Below are positions 1 to 13,039 of a stretch of DNA of 64,000 nucleotides, in pieces. The position numbers and the translations under genes were made by a program. Under the pieces are notes generated by a model. It ran no database searches. It was given only the letters and a program-made list of their open reading frames with translations, and was not told where the DNA came from. The DNA comes from Octopus sinensis (Eukaryota), in contig NC_043025.1 in assembly GCF_006345805.1 (NCBI RefSeq), positions 14,694,001 to 14,758,000 of the forward strand, read 5' to 3'. How positions within the stretch are numbered: position 1 is the first letter of the stretch; the number at the start of each line of letters is the position of its first letter.

Positions 1-144
1 CTCTTTTGCCTTTAAAAACCCACTTTGCTCTTGTTATCGTCAACATCCGCCTTTCACCATGTGCAACTCGTAAACACCAGTCGTCTTTTTTCTCTTTCCC
101 TGTTGCCCGCTCTGGGATCTTCTTCCTCTCTCTTCCTTCTTTAT

Positions 145-181
145 GTTTTCCGACGAAGAGCTCCGCTCGAAACGTCATACC
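145..181 (+). ncRNA. Degenerate minimal hammerhead-like motif in a Penelope-like repeat
   Basis: CCGACGA-A-GAGC tcc GCTC-GAAA-CG-TC; stem I is poorly paired. Downstream flank resembles the copy at 22817. Confidence 0.45.
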
Positions 182-273
182 TCCCTGCTTCCATCTCCTG
201 AGCGCCTATTAATATAATACTGTAATTGTTCCTGTTGTTGTTGTTTTTTTGTTTCCCTTTTGGATTAAAATTA

Positions 274-304
<31 letters not shown>

Positions 305-318
305 TCTTTTAACTTTTA

Positions 319-550
319 CCCTTTTACTTGTTTCAGTCATTGACTGCGGCCATGCTGGAGCACCGCCTTTAATCGAGCAACTCGACCCCGGGACTTATTC
401 TTTTGTAAGCCCAGTACTTATTCTATCGGTCTCTTTTTGCCGAACCGCTAAGTAACGGGGACGTAAACACACCAGCATCGGTTGTCAAGCAATGCTAGGG
501 GGACAAACACAGACACACAAACACAGACAACAAACACACACACATATATA

Positions 551-598
<48 letters not shown>

Positions 599-721
599 GA
601 CAGGCTTCTTTCAGCCCGAGGCTATAGCAGAAGACACTTGCCCAAGGTGCCACACAGTGGGACTGAACCCGGAACCATGTGGGTTGGGAAGCAAGCTACT
701 TACCACACAGCCACTCCTGCG
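319..721 (-). mobile_element. tRNA-derived SINE family A (internally deleted copy)
   Basis: Reverse complement of GCAGGAGTGGCTGTGTGGTAAG...GGTTCAGTCCC...CTTGGGCAAG...GACTGAAACAAGTAAAAG; many copies in the window. Confidence 0.85.
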
Positions 722-729
722 TATATGTG

Positions 730-787
<58 letters not shown>

Positions 788-1384
788 TGCGGTCACACAC
801 ACATACATGCGACCACACGTTCACGCATTCGATCACATAATACATACACTACCACAAACATACAACACACTCTATCACAACCACACTGTCGCAAGCCACG
901 CGCAAACATACACACAACAGTGTCATACAAAGACGATACAACACACTCAATGATGCCAAATAACAACGGTCACGTGACCACCACACATACATCACAACGC
1001 ACGTTATCATACTAATAAACACATTATCAGACAGACACACACACACGCACACACACAACCACAGTATATAAAATGTTAAGGGTTAAAGACCCTCTTCGGC
1101 CATGAATGATCATGGAATTGTCCCCTAGAAAATTTCCCTCCGAGGTACAAATCCGTTCTGAGCTCAAATTCCACCAAGGTCGACTTTGCCTTTCATCCTT
1201 TCGGAGTTGATTAAATAACTACCAGTTATGCACTGGGGGTCGATATAATCGACTTAATCCGTTTTTCTGTCCTTGTTTGTCCCCTCTGTGTGTAGCCCCT
1301 TCTGGGCAGTAAAGAAATATGATTATTTATAGAAGACCAGCAGTCGCCTACGCATACCCCACCTCTCCACACCATTATATGTAC

Positions 1385-1678
1385 ATAGGGCAAAGGGTAA
1401 AGCCCCTTCAGTCATCAATGAGGTACAAGTCCTGTCAAGATTGTTTAAGGAAGATGCATTCCATCCTCTCCTCTCCATGCCACTGATGTTATCCTAGGGA
1501 AAGGCAAAGGGGCCGATACAGCTTGGCACCAGTGACATCACAACTCAAGTCTACAGCTGAGTGAACTGGAGCAACGTGAAAATAAAGTGTCTTGCTCAAG
1601 AACACAACCCACAGCCCAGTCCGGGAATCGATCTCACTACGTCATGATTGTGAGCCCGACGCTTGAACCACTGAGCCA
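1385..1678 (-). mobile_element. SINE family D
   Basis: Shares the GTGTTCTTGAGCAAGACACTT...TTGCTCCAGTTCACTCAGCTG core with copies at 6560, 35172 and 46375. Confidence 0.75.
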
Positions 1679-1741
1679 AATCACACACACACACACTATC
1701 ACTTGTATTTTCCATCGTCAAACACAACACAACAAACCCAC

Positions 1742-2094
1742 CTTCATCAAACAGCGACGAGTCGTCCTTCGGATCCGAACCCCGATCCGGATAGTAGTCA
1801 TGCCGTGGGTCGGAGCCGTCCTTCGCCGCCGCCACCACGTCGTCGTCGTCGTCTTTGTCCTTGCTCGACCAAGTCATTTTATTTTCCTTCTTCAGTCGGC
1901 GCCGGGCATTGGCAAACCAGGTGGACACTTGGGTGAGGGTCATTTTGGTGATAATCGCCAGCATGATCTTCTCACCCTTGGTCGGGTAAGGGTTCTTGCG
2001 GTGCTCGTAGAGCCAGGCTTTGAGAGCGTTCGTTGTTTCCCGGGTGGCGTTTTTCCGCCGGTTGGTGGCGCTGTTGTAATCTAGCGCCTGGTAA
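1742..2094 (-). CDS. Irx: Iroquois-class TALE homeobox gene, homeodomain exon
   Basis: Encodes [75 protein letters not shown] plus an acidic tract (PYP TALE loop, WFAN helix 3, typical Iroquois homeodomain). Acceptor ttctgtctttttccag at 2095-2096; donor G|gtgggt at 1741-1740. Phase 2 in, phase 1 out. Confidence 0.97.
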
Positions 2095-2136
2095 CTGGAA
2101 AAAGACAGAAAGAACAAAATATATGTAGCTTGATTG

Positions 2137-2198
<62 letters not shown>

Positions 2199-2431
2199 GC
2201 ACACACACACACAAACACACACACACACACACACACCGTAATCCCTCGCCACATAATATTCACAAACGCTCAACGAGTTACTTCACAGATTCCGTTTACC
2301 AAATTCTTTCTGAAGGCATCTGCCTACCCGGGGCTATAATATAAGACACTGGCCCAAGGTGCCGCCGCTCTGTGGGACTGAACTCGGAAACATGTGATTG
2401 CAAAGCAAGCTCCAAAACCCACAGAGCTCTC

Positions 2432-2800
2432 TCTTTCTCTTTTACTTGTTTCAGTCATTTGACTGCGGCCATGCTGGAGCACCGCCTTTAGTCGAGCCCA
2501 GTACTTATTCTATCGGTCTTTTTTGCCGAACCGCTAAGTGACGGGGACGTAAACACACCAGCATCGGTTGTCAAGCAATGCTAGGGGGACAAACACAGAC
2601 ACACAAACACACATACACATATATATATACATATATATGATGGGCTTCTTTCAGTTTCCGTCTACCAAATCCACTCACAAGGCATTGGTCGGCCCGGGGC
2701 TATAGCAGAAGACACTTGCCCAAGGTGTCACGCAGTGGGACTGAACCCGGAACCATGTGGTTGGTTAGCAAGCTACTTACCACACAGCCACTCCTGCGCC
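2432..2800 (-). mobile_element. SINE family A in an Irx intron
   Basis: Near full-length match to the other family A copies, with a tRNA-like head showing A/B-box-like motifs. Confidence 0.9.
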
Positions 2801-2975
2801 TAATACATTTATTTTATTAAATTATTGCTTTTTTATGTTTTTGTTGAAAATCGATGAAGAATAAATTGATTGGGTGGAGGATGGTTGACAGATCATCCGT
2901 AGCGGTCTGGGGTGGTGGACGAAAAACGCAACGTGGAGGGGAAGGTTGACATTGCGGGTTTAGAGTTCTACTTAC

Positions 2976-3115
2976 TAGCTACTGTAGGAATGTGCCGCCA
3001 AAACTGCTGGGTCGTATGTATAACAGGATGGGGGAACGGGTGCCGAACCCGCCGCTAGGGCTTTCCAGGAGTCTGTGGGACGTTCAATGTCGTAACCAGT
3101 CGCGGGAACCGGCTT
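2976..3115 (-). CDS. Irx: Iroquois internal exon (140 bp, absent from the ORF track)
   Basis: Acceptor ttcttattctcccaccag, donor TA|gtaagt. Reads KPVPATGYDIERPTDSWKALAAGSAPVPPSCYTYDPAVLAAHSYSS(Y). Phase 0 in and phase 2 out exactly bridge the flanking exons; YxYDP..LAA resembles the pre-homeodomain segment of protostome Irx. Confidence 0.9.
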
Positions 3116-3892
3116 CTGGTGGGAGAATAAGAAGAAAAAAATTATTAAAGAAAGCGTTGTATGGTTAACATATAGTTATATATTTAAATGTGTGTAAAAT
3201 ATATTGTTACAATATAGTATATAAATATTCTTTTCTACTCTAGGCACAAGGCCCGAAATTTTTTTGGGGTTGGGGGGGGGGGGGGCAGTCGATTAGATCG
3301 ACCCCAGTACGCAACTGGTACTTAATTTATCGACCTCGAAAGGATGATACCACTAAGTATTTCGTCCGGCGTGCTAACGTCTCTTATTTCTTTACTATCC
3401 ACAAGGGGCTAAACACAGAGGGGACAAACAAGGACAGACAAACGGATTAAGTCGATTATATCGACCCCAGTGCGTAACTGGTACTTATTTAATCGACCCC
3501 GAAAGGATGTATAGCAACATGAACAATAAAAAAATATCTTCTATTCTAAAATCTAATCTCCTACATTATATAAATATGAATAAATTCATTAAACTGTGTG
3601 GAGGAGGAGGACCTATGATGATCTGGGGGGGGGGTTATATCTTGGAAATCCGCTGGCCCAACGGTTTCCCTTAATGGCAGAATTAATCGTCAAGACTATT
3701 TAAGCATTTTGTCTGATCAAATTCATCCTATTGTTGCGGAACTGTTTCCGGAGGGGGAGACAATCTTTAAGGATGATAATGCACCAATTCACACAGCTAA
3801 AGTTATTACTGAATGGCACACACACATACACACATATATGTCTAGTGTATATATATATATTTATATATATTATATATATATATAAATATATA

Positions 3893-4082
3893 ACGGGAAG
3901 GTTTACGAAATAAACAAAAAGTCGAAGGCAGGTGGAGTACAAACAAATAATTATATTAGTATGCGCTCAGAATAGAAATAAAACAAGTCTTTTACGTTCG
4001 AGCCTACGCTCTCGACAGAAAGATACACAGAAAAGAACAAGGAGAGAGAGAAAAAAATTGCGTGTAGGGCTAACGACCCAAC
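3893..4082 (-). mobile_element. Short Penelope-like repeat with a degenerate hammerhead motif (3988-4023)
   Basis: Homologous to 25492-25700 and 36316-36512; flanked by (TA)n. Confidence 0.6.
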
Positions 4083-4507
4083 ATATATATATATATAATA
4101 TATATATATATATACATATTATAAGTGTTGTTGGTCATATAAATTCACAACCTGACACTCCATTCTATTAAGGCGACCCTAGGAAATGAATGGTTTGAAA
4201 AAGTAGGAGTAGATCTCTATGAATAAACAGAGTCTATTCCACCAGGGTAGGCATGGGAGTTAAATGAAATTTTTATTGAGAGGAATTCGGTCTCCCTAAA
4301 TTCGTAACTCTGGACTTCATCCTACTAGGGTGGGCCCAGCCCCTGAGAAATTTGATCCCTTAATGATATACAACGTTTCATTTGTTATAATAGAGATGTC
4401 GGGACCTAATAAAGAGACCTGTCATATAGTGTCTGTGTGTATCTGTGCGAGTGTGTGTGTATATACACACTCTGTTAGTGTAGTTGATACACGAAGAGAG
4501 GCAATAA

Positions 4508-5013
4508 GATCTTATCTGATATCGTAGTGTATATACATACATACATACATACATATATATATATATTATATATATAATATATATATTATATATATATATA
4601 TATATATCATATACGTATTCTCACGCACACACTGCCAGTAATGTATGTATAATATATAATATATATATAAATATTTATATGAAATATATATATATAAGTT
4701 TCATAAATATCTTATCTGATATCGTAGTGGATATACATACATAAACATATATATATATATATATATATATTAGATATATAATCATATACGTATTCTCACG
4801 CACACACTGCCAGTAATGTATGTATAATATATATAATAATATTATATATAAATATTTATATGAAATATATATATATAAGTTTCATAAATATATATATGAA
4901 ACATAATATATATATCTATATATATATATGTACATTTATGAAACTTATATATAAATATATATATGTACATTTATGAAACTTATAATATAAATATATATAT
5001 GTACTTTATGAAA

Positions 5014-5061
<48 letters not shown>

Positions 5062-5210
5062 TTTCATAAAGTACATATATATATTTATATATAAGTGTCA
5101 TAAATGTACATATATATATTTATATATAAGTTTCATAAATGTACATATATTATATATATATGTTTCATATATATATACATATATTCATATATAAATTTCA
5201 TATATATAAA
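4508..5210. repeat. ~200 bp tandem duplication followed by an AT-rich palindromic minisatellite
   Basis: ATCTTATCTGATATCGTAGTG...CACACTGCCAGTAATG occurs twice. TTTATGAAACTTATA and TATAAGTTTCATAAA units are arranged in inverted order around (TA)n. Confidence 0.8.
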
Positions 5211-5357
5211 TTTCTTCAGAAACAGAGGTAAGTCCATACATATTCATACATATTTTATATCCGTGCAAATGTTGAAGTGATATCTGTTTTATAACAAAGA
5301 AGATTATGAAACAGCTGTAAACGGATGAAACCAAACATCTGTTTTCTCACCTTACCA

Positions 5358-5401
<44 letters not shown>

Positions 5402-5734
5402 ACACACACACATTAAAGTTGGTTCAGCCCCACACTACCTGAAGTTCTGTGGGAGTAGAACATGTCGACATCATAATATATCCGTAGAGAAAATAAACAG
5501 AATTTAAAAGAAATTCAAAATGGTTTCTGCGTAAGAATATTCAGCCCTCCGTTTTTGTTTTTGCTGTCGCATCAACGCCAGTACTTTTATTGTTAGGTCT
5601 ACTTGGTGCAGAGGACAGACAAGATTTTGGTGTCAGTCGGCATTCTGGAAGAAACGATTTTCTAGGTACCTCAGCTCTTTACGTTGGATACTACACGTGG
5701 TGGGACAGATTGGATGTTAGGGGTCACTTAGTCG

Positions 5735-6048
5735 GCGTTCTGTTGTTTGTTCCTTCTCGAGCCATGCCTTGGCTCATAAGGACCGGTTTCCCGGTTTCCT
5801 TGGCGTATAGGTTCCCCACCAGGACAAGACGCCGGTCCGTCGCAGGTGAGCTGCAAGATGCAGGAGGAAAGAGTGAGAGAAAGTTGTGGCGAAAGAGTCA
5901 GCAGAAGTTTCGCCATTACCTTCTGCCGCAGCCGCGTGGAGCCTAGGTGTTTCGCTCATAAACACACACATCGCCCGGTCTGAGATTCGAACCCGCGATC
6001 CCTCGACCGTGAGCCCACTGCTCTAACCGCTAGGCCATGTGCCTCCAC
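5735..6048 (-). mobile_element. tRNA-derived SINE family C
   Basis: Head GTGGAGGCACATGGCCTAGCGGTTAGAGC...GGGTTCGAATC (A/B boxes); close copy at 15478-15785. Confidence 0.88.
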
Positions 6049-6146
6049 AGTCGGCGTTCTAGAAGATATGGTATTCCAGAAACTTCCGCTCTTTGCCTTA
6101 GAATACTACATGCAGCAGGGCGGCAGATAATAAAGAAAATACTTAC

Positions 6147-6452
6147 CAGTGGTGCGTAAAACGCCGAGGGTTCAGTCCCGAGTAAAGCAGAAGGGGACAG
6201 CCCGGTCGTCGTATAGATATGTTCCCTGAGGGATGCAGGCATGCGTGGGTATGTGGCCAGAAGGGCAGGGTGCAGTTGGCAGGTGCAGGTAGACTGGCCG
6301 GTACAAGGGTCCGTCACAATCGGTCGTCCGTTCTCGCAACACGTTGGCGACGAGGTCGATGAGGAGGTCACGGCGGCTGCCGCTGCTGCTGCTGCTGCGG
6401 CGGCTGCCGCTGCTGCTGTTGCTTGGCCTAAGTTGCTGCCGGACAGTAGTAA
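6147..6452 (-). CDS. Irx: Iroquois N-terminal exon with poly-Ala and cysteine-rich IRO-A-like motif
   Basis: Acceptor (ct)n-tag, donor CTG|gtaagt, 102 codons, phase 0/0: LLLSGSNLGQAT-A15-VTSSSTSSPTCCENGRPIVTDPCTGQSTCTCQ...SAFYAPL. CCENGRP..TDP..GQ..C.CQ and SAFY are characteristic of protostome Iroquois proteins. Confidence 0.93.
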
Positions 6453-6559
6453 CTAGAGAGAGAGAGAGAAAAGAGAGAGGTTAGAGATGACCCATGGTTG
6501 AGAAGAAACGTCGCATTGCATCACGGTAGCTTTCACTCTTCCTAGTTAAACATTATTAA

Positions 6560-6865
6560 CGTCGGGCTCACAATCATGTGATAGTGAGTTCGAATCCCGG
6601 ACCGGGCTGCGTGTTGTGTTCTTGAGCAAGACACTTTATTTTCACGTTGCTCCAGTTCACTCAGCTGTAGAAATGAATTGTGACGTCACTGGTGCCAAGC
6701 TGTCTCGGCCCCTTTGCCTTTCCCTTGGCGTGGGGAGGAGAGGCCGGTATGCATGAGCGACTGCTGGTCTTCCATAAACAGCCTTGCCCGCACCTGTGTC
6801 TCGGAGGGGGAACTTTCTAGGTGCAATCCCACGGTCATTCATGACAGGAACCGGTCTTTACCCTA
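6560..6865 (+). mobile_element. SINE family D
   Basis: GAGTTCGAATCCC B box followed by the family D core. Confidence 0.8.
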
Positions 6866-6954
6866 TTTACACTAAGAAATGTTCTCCAGAAAATTTAGCA
6901 AACACCAGAAACGTAAGCGAGCAAGACAAATGGAAAGATACAAAAGTGAAACAT

Positions 6955-7158
6955 TTACTCTTTTATTTGTTTCAGTCATTTGACTGCAGCCATGCTGGAG
7001 CACAGCCATTAATCGAGCAACTCGACACCGGGACTTATTCTTTGTAAGCCCAGTACTTATTCTATCGGTCTATTTTGCCGAACCGCTAAGTGACGGGGAC
7101 ATAAACACACCAGCATCGGTTGTCAAGCAATGCTAGGGGGACAAACTCAGACACACAA

Positions 7159-7203
<45 letters not shown>

Positions 7204-7363
7204 TACGACGGGCTTCTTTCAGTTTCCGTCTACCAAATCCACTCGCAAGGCTTTGGTCGGCCCGAGGCTATAGTAAAAGACACTTGCCCAAGGTGCCACA
7301 CAGTGGAACTGAACCCGGAACCATATGGTTGGTAAACAAGCTACTTACCACACAGCCACTCCT
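6955..7363 (-). mobile_element. SINE family A
   Basis: Full-length match to family A. Confidence 0.9.
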
Positions 7364-7536
7364 AAGCCTTGTTTATGATTAATCTCTATATTTGTTACTT
7401 TCCGTTTGTCTTTCTTGCTTACGTTTCTGCTGTTTGCTAAATTTTCTGGAGAACAATTCTTAGTGGTTAAGGCCATAGTGGATCTACTTCTAGCATTAGG
7501 GTTGTCACATAGTGATTATCCCTATCAAATATATAC

Positions 7537-7567
<31 letters not shown>

Positions 7568-8387
7568 ATATTATATAATATAATATATGTATGTATACAC
7601 ACATTATACATATATATGTTTATCTACTAGTCTTGTCTTTAGCTATCTGTCTATGTACACACACACAATACATTATATATATTTCGTATATTATCTATTT
7701 AGACATTTAGCTACACATAATCATATATATATATATGTATTTGTGTGCATATATATGTATTTGTGTGTGTATATGTGTGTGGATATGTATGTGTAAATGT
7801 ATGCATATACAGTATGTGTGTGCGTGTATGTGAATGTACGTACGTATGCGTGTATATACACATTTATACATATTTATAAATACCTCTATCTGCTTACATT
7901 TTATTGTATACATATGTCTGCTTATCTTTGTATCTGTGTGTCTGTGCATACACCCATCCAAACACACAAACCCAAGTGCTGATGATGTATAAGTAATGCG
8001 AACATCTCCGCGTAAGTGACGGTCGGCTGGTTTCTAACGACCGACCTAAACAGCCTTGATAACCACACGAAACAGGTAAAATACGAAAATATTAATCACC
8101 GAACAGACATAATAATTGACTGAGAAATCTTCACTAACTTATGACAAATTCGCTAACTTATGACAAATGTACACAATCTGGCGCCTTGTCAGCGGGCGGG
8201 AGGACCTACACGACACGAGGCGAACGGTAGGAGGTCGAATCTATGTACTCGAGTCTGGAGTATGGACGGTTACGGTAACCACTGGAGCGTTGGCAGGGCA
8301 ATACAGACAACCCCTGTAAGATTTACGATGGGATATCATCACCTCTGATACCCAGGATATAATATATATATGTGTGTGTGTGTAAGT

Positions 8388-8447
<60 letters not shown>

Positions 8448-8597
8448 GTGTGTGTATGTATATAAGCTTCGTGCAATGGCCATACTCGATAACGAGGAGG
8501 AAGCTATAATATATATGCATGGTTGCTGTTGTATATTGTGTGTATGTGCATGTGTGCGTGTTTGTTATACATGTATGTGCGTGTTAACAGCGTTTAT

Positions 8598-8629
<32 letters not shown>

Positions 8630-8759
8630 TATCCCTGGCTTTCTTCCTTGCTCTGTTACGATGGGGTCAACGATGTGTTATGCGGCGGTCTTACGGAAGG
8701 CTCGTATGTCTGAATGTCTGGCTGTTTGCTTATTTGTCTGTTTGTCTGTCTGACTGTCA

Positions 8760-8795
<36 letters not shown>

Positions 8796-9035
8796 CCGTG
8801 GTGTGCTTGTATGACTCTGTTTGTGTGTAGACCTGTGTGTGTGTGGTTCTATGTGTCTGGCGGTTTGTGAGCCTATCAAGAATCGGTTGGCCTGCTTCAG
8901 CATACCTTTTTTGAACACTATATAAGTCTACACACGCACACACTACGTATATATATATATATAGAGAGAGATATATATATAGATATATATACATACATAC
9001 ACACACACACACATATATATAATATATATACATAT

Positions 9036-9085
<50 letters not shown>

Positions 9086-9985
9086 ATATATATATACGTG
9101 TGTGTGTGCTCAATGGCCCAGTGGTTAGGGCAGCGGACTCGTCGGAGGATCACAGTTTCGATTTCTAGACCGGGCGTTGTGTGTTTATTGAGCGAAAACA
9201 CTTAAAAGCTCTACGAGGCTCCGTTCTGAGTTCAAATTTCGCCGAGGTCGACTTTGCCTTTCATCCTTTCGGGGTCGATTAAATGAGTACCCCTTCTACG
9301 TTTAGCCCCTTGTGGGCAATAAAGAAATAAGGAATGCCGGAGCAGTAAAAGTGCTAGAAAGCAACAACAAAACTGTTACAACAACAACGGTTTGATCAAC
9401 GACAACAGCAAGAGCAACAACAGCAATTGCATCAGCAACAACATCAGCAGCAACTACATAAATAGCAGCAGTAAGAAAAACACCAACAGCAACAACAACC
9501 ACAACAACGACTGCATGCCGAGTCGTCGATCAACTTTGCTGTTCCAACACCAACATCACTAACACTTCATTAGTTCCAGCATGTAAACCAATAAACCAAC
9601 TCCTACTGCTCCTCTCTCAATTCCTCCCCCCGTCTACTACTACTTCAACCACCATACGGTTCTACCCCACCCCCCGGATTGTCCTACATCCCACCACCGT
9701 ACCCGGTTGTCAAGGAACGACGACCAGTAAGCGCATGCAAGTGACTTGGTTTCTGTGTTTAAACTTCCTTTCTCTTCTTCCTATGTTACTTTTTATTCGG
9801 TTGTTTTGTTAACACACACTACTGAACGGCCGGCTTTTGTTTTCGCCATGTTCATTCATATATTTAGACTGGGTAAACGAACGGGAACGATTGGAGAGCT
9901 GGCATGGTGCTGTTTGTATATTGTGTGTGTGTATGTGCATGTGTGCGTGTTGTTATACATGTATGTGCGTGTTAACAGCGTTTAT

Positions 9986-10035
<50 letters not shown>

Positions 10036-10199
10036 ATATTATATATACACACACACACAAATAAAATGCCGCTCGTGTTGTCTTTTTGTGTTCATTGACT
10101 AATGTATAAACACACATACATACATCACACACACATATATATATATATACATAACATATATACATATCTGTACACACACACACACACACACACATGTAT

Positions 10200-10876
10200 C
10201 TTGTCTCACTCATTAGACTTCTGTCATGCTGGAGCACTTCCTCGAAGAACTTTTAGTTGAATGAATCGACCCCCGGTACTTATTCCATCGGTCTCTTTTG
10301 CCGAACTGCTAGGTTATGGTAACGTAAGTACACCAAAACCGGTTGTCAAGCAGTGGTGGACACACACACACATATGTACGACAGGCTCCTTTCGGTTTCC
10401 GTCCACCAAATCCACTGACAAGATTTTGGTCGGCTCGAGGCTATAGTAGAAGACACTTACCCAAGGTGCCACGCAGTGGGACTGAACCCGGAACCATGTG
10501 GTTGGTAAGCAAGCTACTTACCACACAGCCACTCCTACGCCTATATATATATATATATTATCTTAATTTGTTTCAGTCATCAGACTGTAGCCATGCTGGG
10601 GCACCACCTTGAATTTTAATGGATAGAATAGACCCCAATATTTATTTTCTTCAAAGCCTAGCACTTATTCTATCGGATTCTTTTGCTGAACTGCTAAGTT
10701 ACTGAAACATACACACACACACAAGATGGACTTCTTTCACTTTCAATGCACCAAATGCACACACAGGGCTTTGTTGGCCTGGGGTTGTAGTAGAAGACAC
10801 TTGCCCAAGGTGCCACGCAGTGGGACCGAATCCGGAACTATGTTGTTGGGAAGCAAGCTTCTTACCACACAGCCAT
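10200..10876 (-). mobile_element. Two adjacent SINE family A copies
   Basis: Two successive reverse-complement copies; the second is more diverged. Confidence 0.75.
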
Positions 10877-11091
10877 GACTACACCCATTAAACGCGCGTG
10901 TATAAATACACGCACATACATAATGCGTATGTAAGCGTTTAAAGAATTAAAATATACATATATACACATGTCCCCCTACATGGCTTTGTTTTTTGCTCTT
11001 TGAGCCAAAAAATTAACTAATTAACTAACTAACATAAATTATATACATGTAAATAAACACATACACACACACACACACACCACACACACAT

Positions 11092-11135
<44 letters not shown>

Positions 11136-11428
11136 CACAAACCACTTCTTAATTTGAGCGGAGGCAATGCGAGCAGGAACTAAAGGAACATTCCTAACAT
11201 CCACACTCAAAGATCAAATACATATATTCATATAATGCATAACAATTTTAAATTCTGTTGGATTTTTCTCATAAGGCATTGGAATCTTACATATATACCA
11301 TTCTGCCTAAAAAATGGATCTACAAATTCAATATCCCTACATATCTCACATCTATTTTCTTTCCTCCACCTCACTCTCTATTTTGTATCCTATCTAAATT
11401 AATTATTACTTAACCATCCTCTCACACC

Positions 11429-11479
11429 GTCTCCGATGAAGGAATATAATTAATAAATATCTGGAAACAGCTGTAAGAC
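11429..11479 (+). ncRNA. Minimal type I hammerhead-like motif (U4C core)
   Basis: GTCT-CCGATGA-[AT-rich imperfect stem II]-GAAA-CAGCTG-TA-AGAC. Stem I is GTCT/AGAC, stem III is the palindrome ACAGCTGT, and the cleavage triplet is GUA. Confidence 0.6.
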
Positions 11480-12254
11480 CTTCCATCTATAAATCTTCTA
11501 ATCTCTATACAGCCTTGGTTTTTTTTATCTCATTACGCAAAAAATTCTTATATAATGCAAATATATACGCATATGCATTATATGTGTGTGTGTGTGGGGG
11601 GGGGGGTCGAAATTGTACTAAAGGCAGAATCTGGTGAGGGAACAGCAAAACGAGATGTATTATTACTACGCCCTGGAAAAATGGAAGAAGTCGTCGACGT
11701 TTCGAGCCTTAGTACTTCTTCGGAGAGGAATAACACCTTACAACTCTTATGCGTAAAAGCAGTCGGACCGAAAAATCGTTGGAGCGTAGAACAAAATGCT
11801 TTGTCTTCTATGTCTTCTGGTCCTTTACATTCTGAGTTCAAATCCTGCAGATGTCAAACGTACCATCCATCTCTCCAAGGTCGATAAAATAAAGCCCTAC
11901 AAAAGTACTGGAAATAGTATGACAGACTTGCTCTTTCCTCTCAAATACAGAATAAAAACAAAGGACTCAATAGCTGCGCAATTGTGCATATATGTGCGTA
12001 TATATACGTATGTGTTTTTGCGCTTGTGTGTGTGTGTGTATGTGTGTATGAATGCATGTCAATTTACACACTCTTATCTAAATATATACACCCATTTTAT
12101 ATAAAGGCACACGCTTGTCTAAATATATACACCCACTACTTATACACGTGAATGTACATACATTTGTCTAAATTTATACACACATTTACATATGCTTTAT
12201 ATACACACGCTTATCTATCTACACACACATACATACTTTATACACACACGTGCA

Positions 12255-12289
<35 letters not shown>

Positions 12290-13006
12290 CGTACAGACTT
12301 ATTATACGCTTATCTAAATATATACATATTGTATATATAAATGTATACATAGACACGCTTTTCTCTTTCTATCTGTCACTATATATATATATGTGTGTAT
12401 ATATTGTATATATATATATACAATATATACACATACATGTATACACTATTATACGCTTATCTAAATATATATATAAATTTCACATATAAAAGTTCTTGTA
12501 CACGACCCTCTCTCTCCCTCCTTATACACACACACACACATCTAAATACATATATACACACTTTATATACACAGCTTATCTAAATATATATATGAAAGTG
12601 TATTCTCGTACAATGGAAACATATTTTATTAGTTTTTGACTTGTTTGACAAGAAATCTGACCGAAGAATCGTGTCTGCCTGCCTGCCTGTCTGTCTGCCT
12701 GTCTGTCTGTCTGTATGTCTGTATGTCTGCCTGTCTGTCTGTCTGTCTGTCTGTGTGTCTGTTTGTCTCAACCGAGAGAGATTTATTGTCGGAGTTCTGT
12801 ACTGGACTATTCAAACAACCAGACGTCCAGGTCTTGTTATGGTATCGTTGGGCGTCGGTGTGTACCTATGTGTGTATGCATGCATGTATGTGTGTATAAA
12901 TGTGTGTATATATGTGTGTGTATGTATATATATGCATATCCATATATATGTATGTATATATATGTGTGTATATATATATATATCTATATATATGTATGTA
13001 TGTATC

Positions 13007-13039
<33 letters not shown>

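Noticed and set aside
482-1015. Recurrent peptides such as [12 protein letters not shown] and HAGAPPL
   Set aside because: These are translations of SINE family A, repeated wherever the SINE occurs.
1596-1741. C-terminal extension of the 173-aa homeobox ORF (GFVVLCL...)
   Set aside because: It is read-through past the donor at 1741 into a (TG)n tract and a SINE.
1587-2084. 165-aa plus-strand ORF
   Set aside because: It is the antisense shadow of the Irx homeodomain exon and starts inside a SINE.
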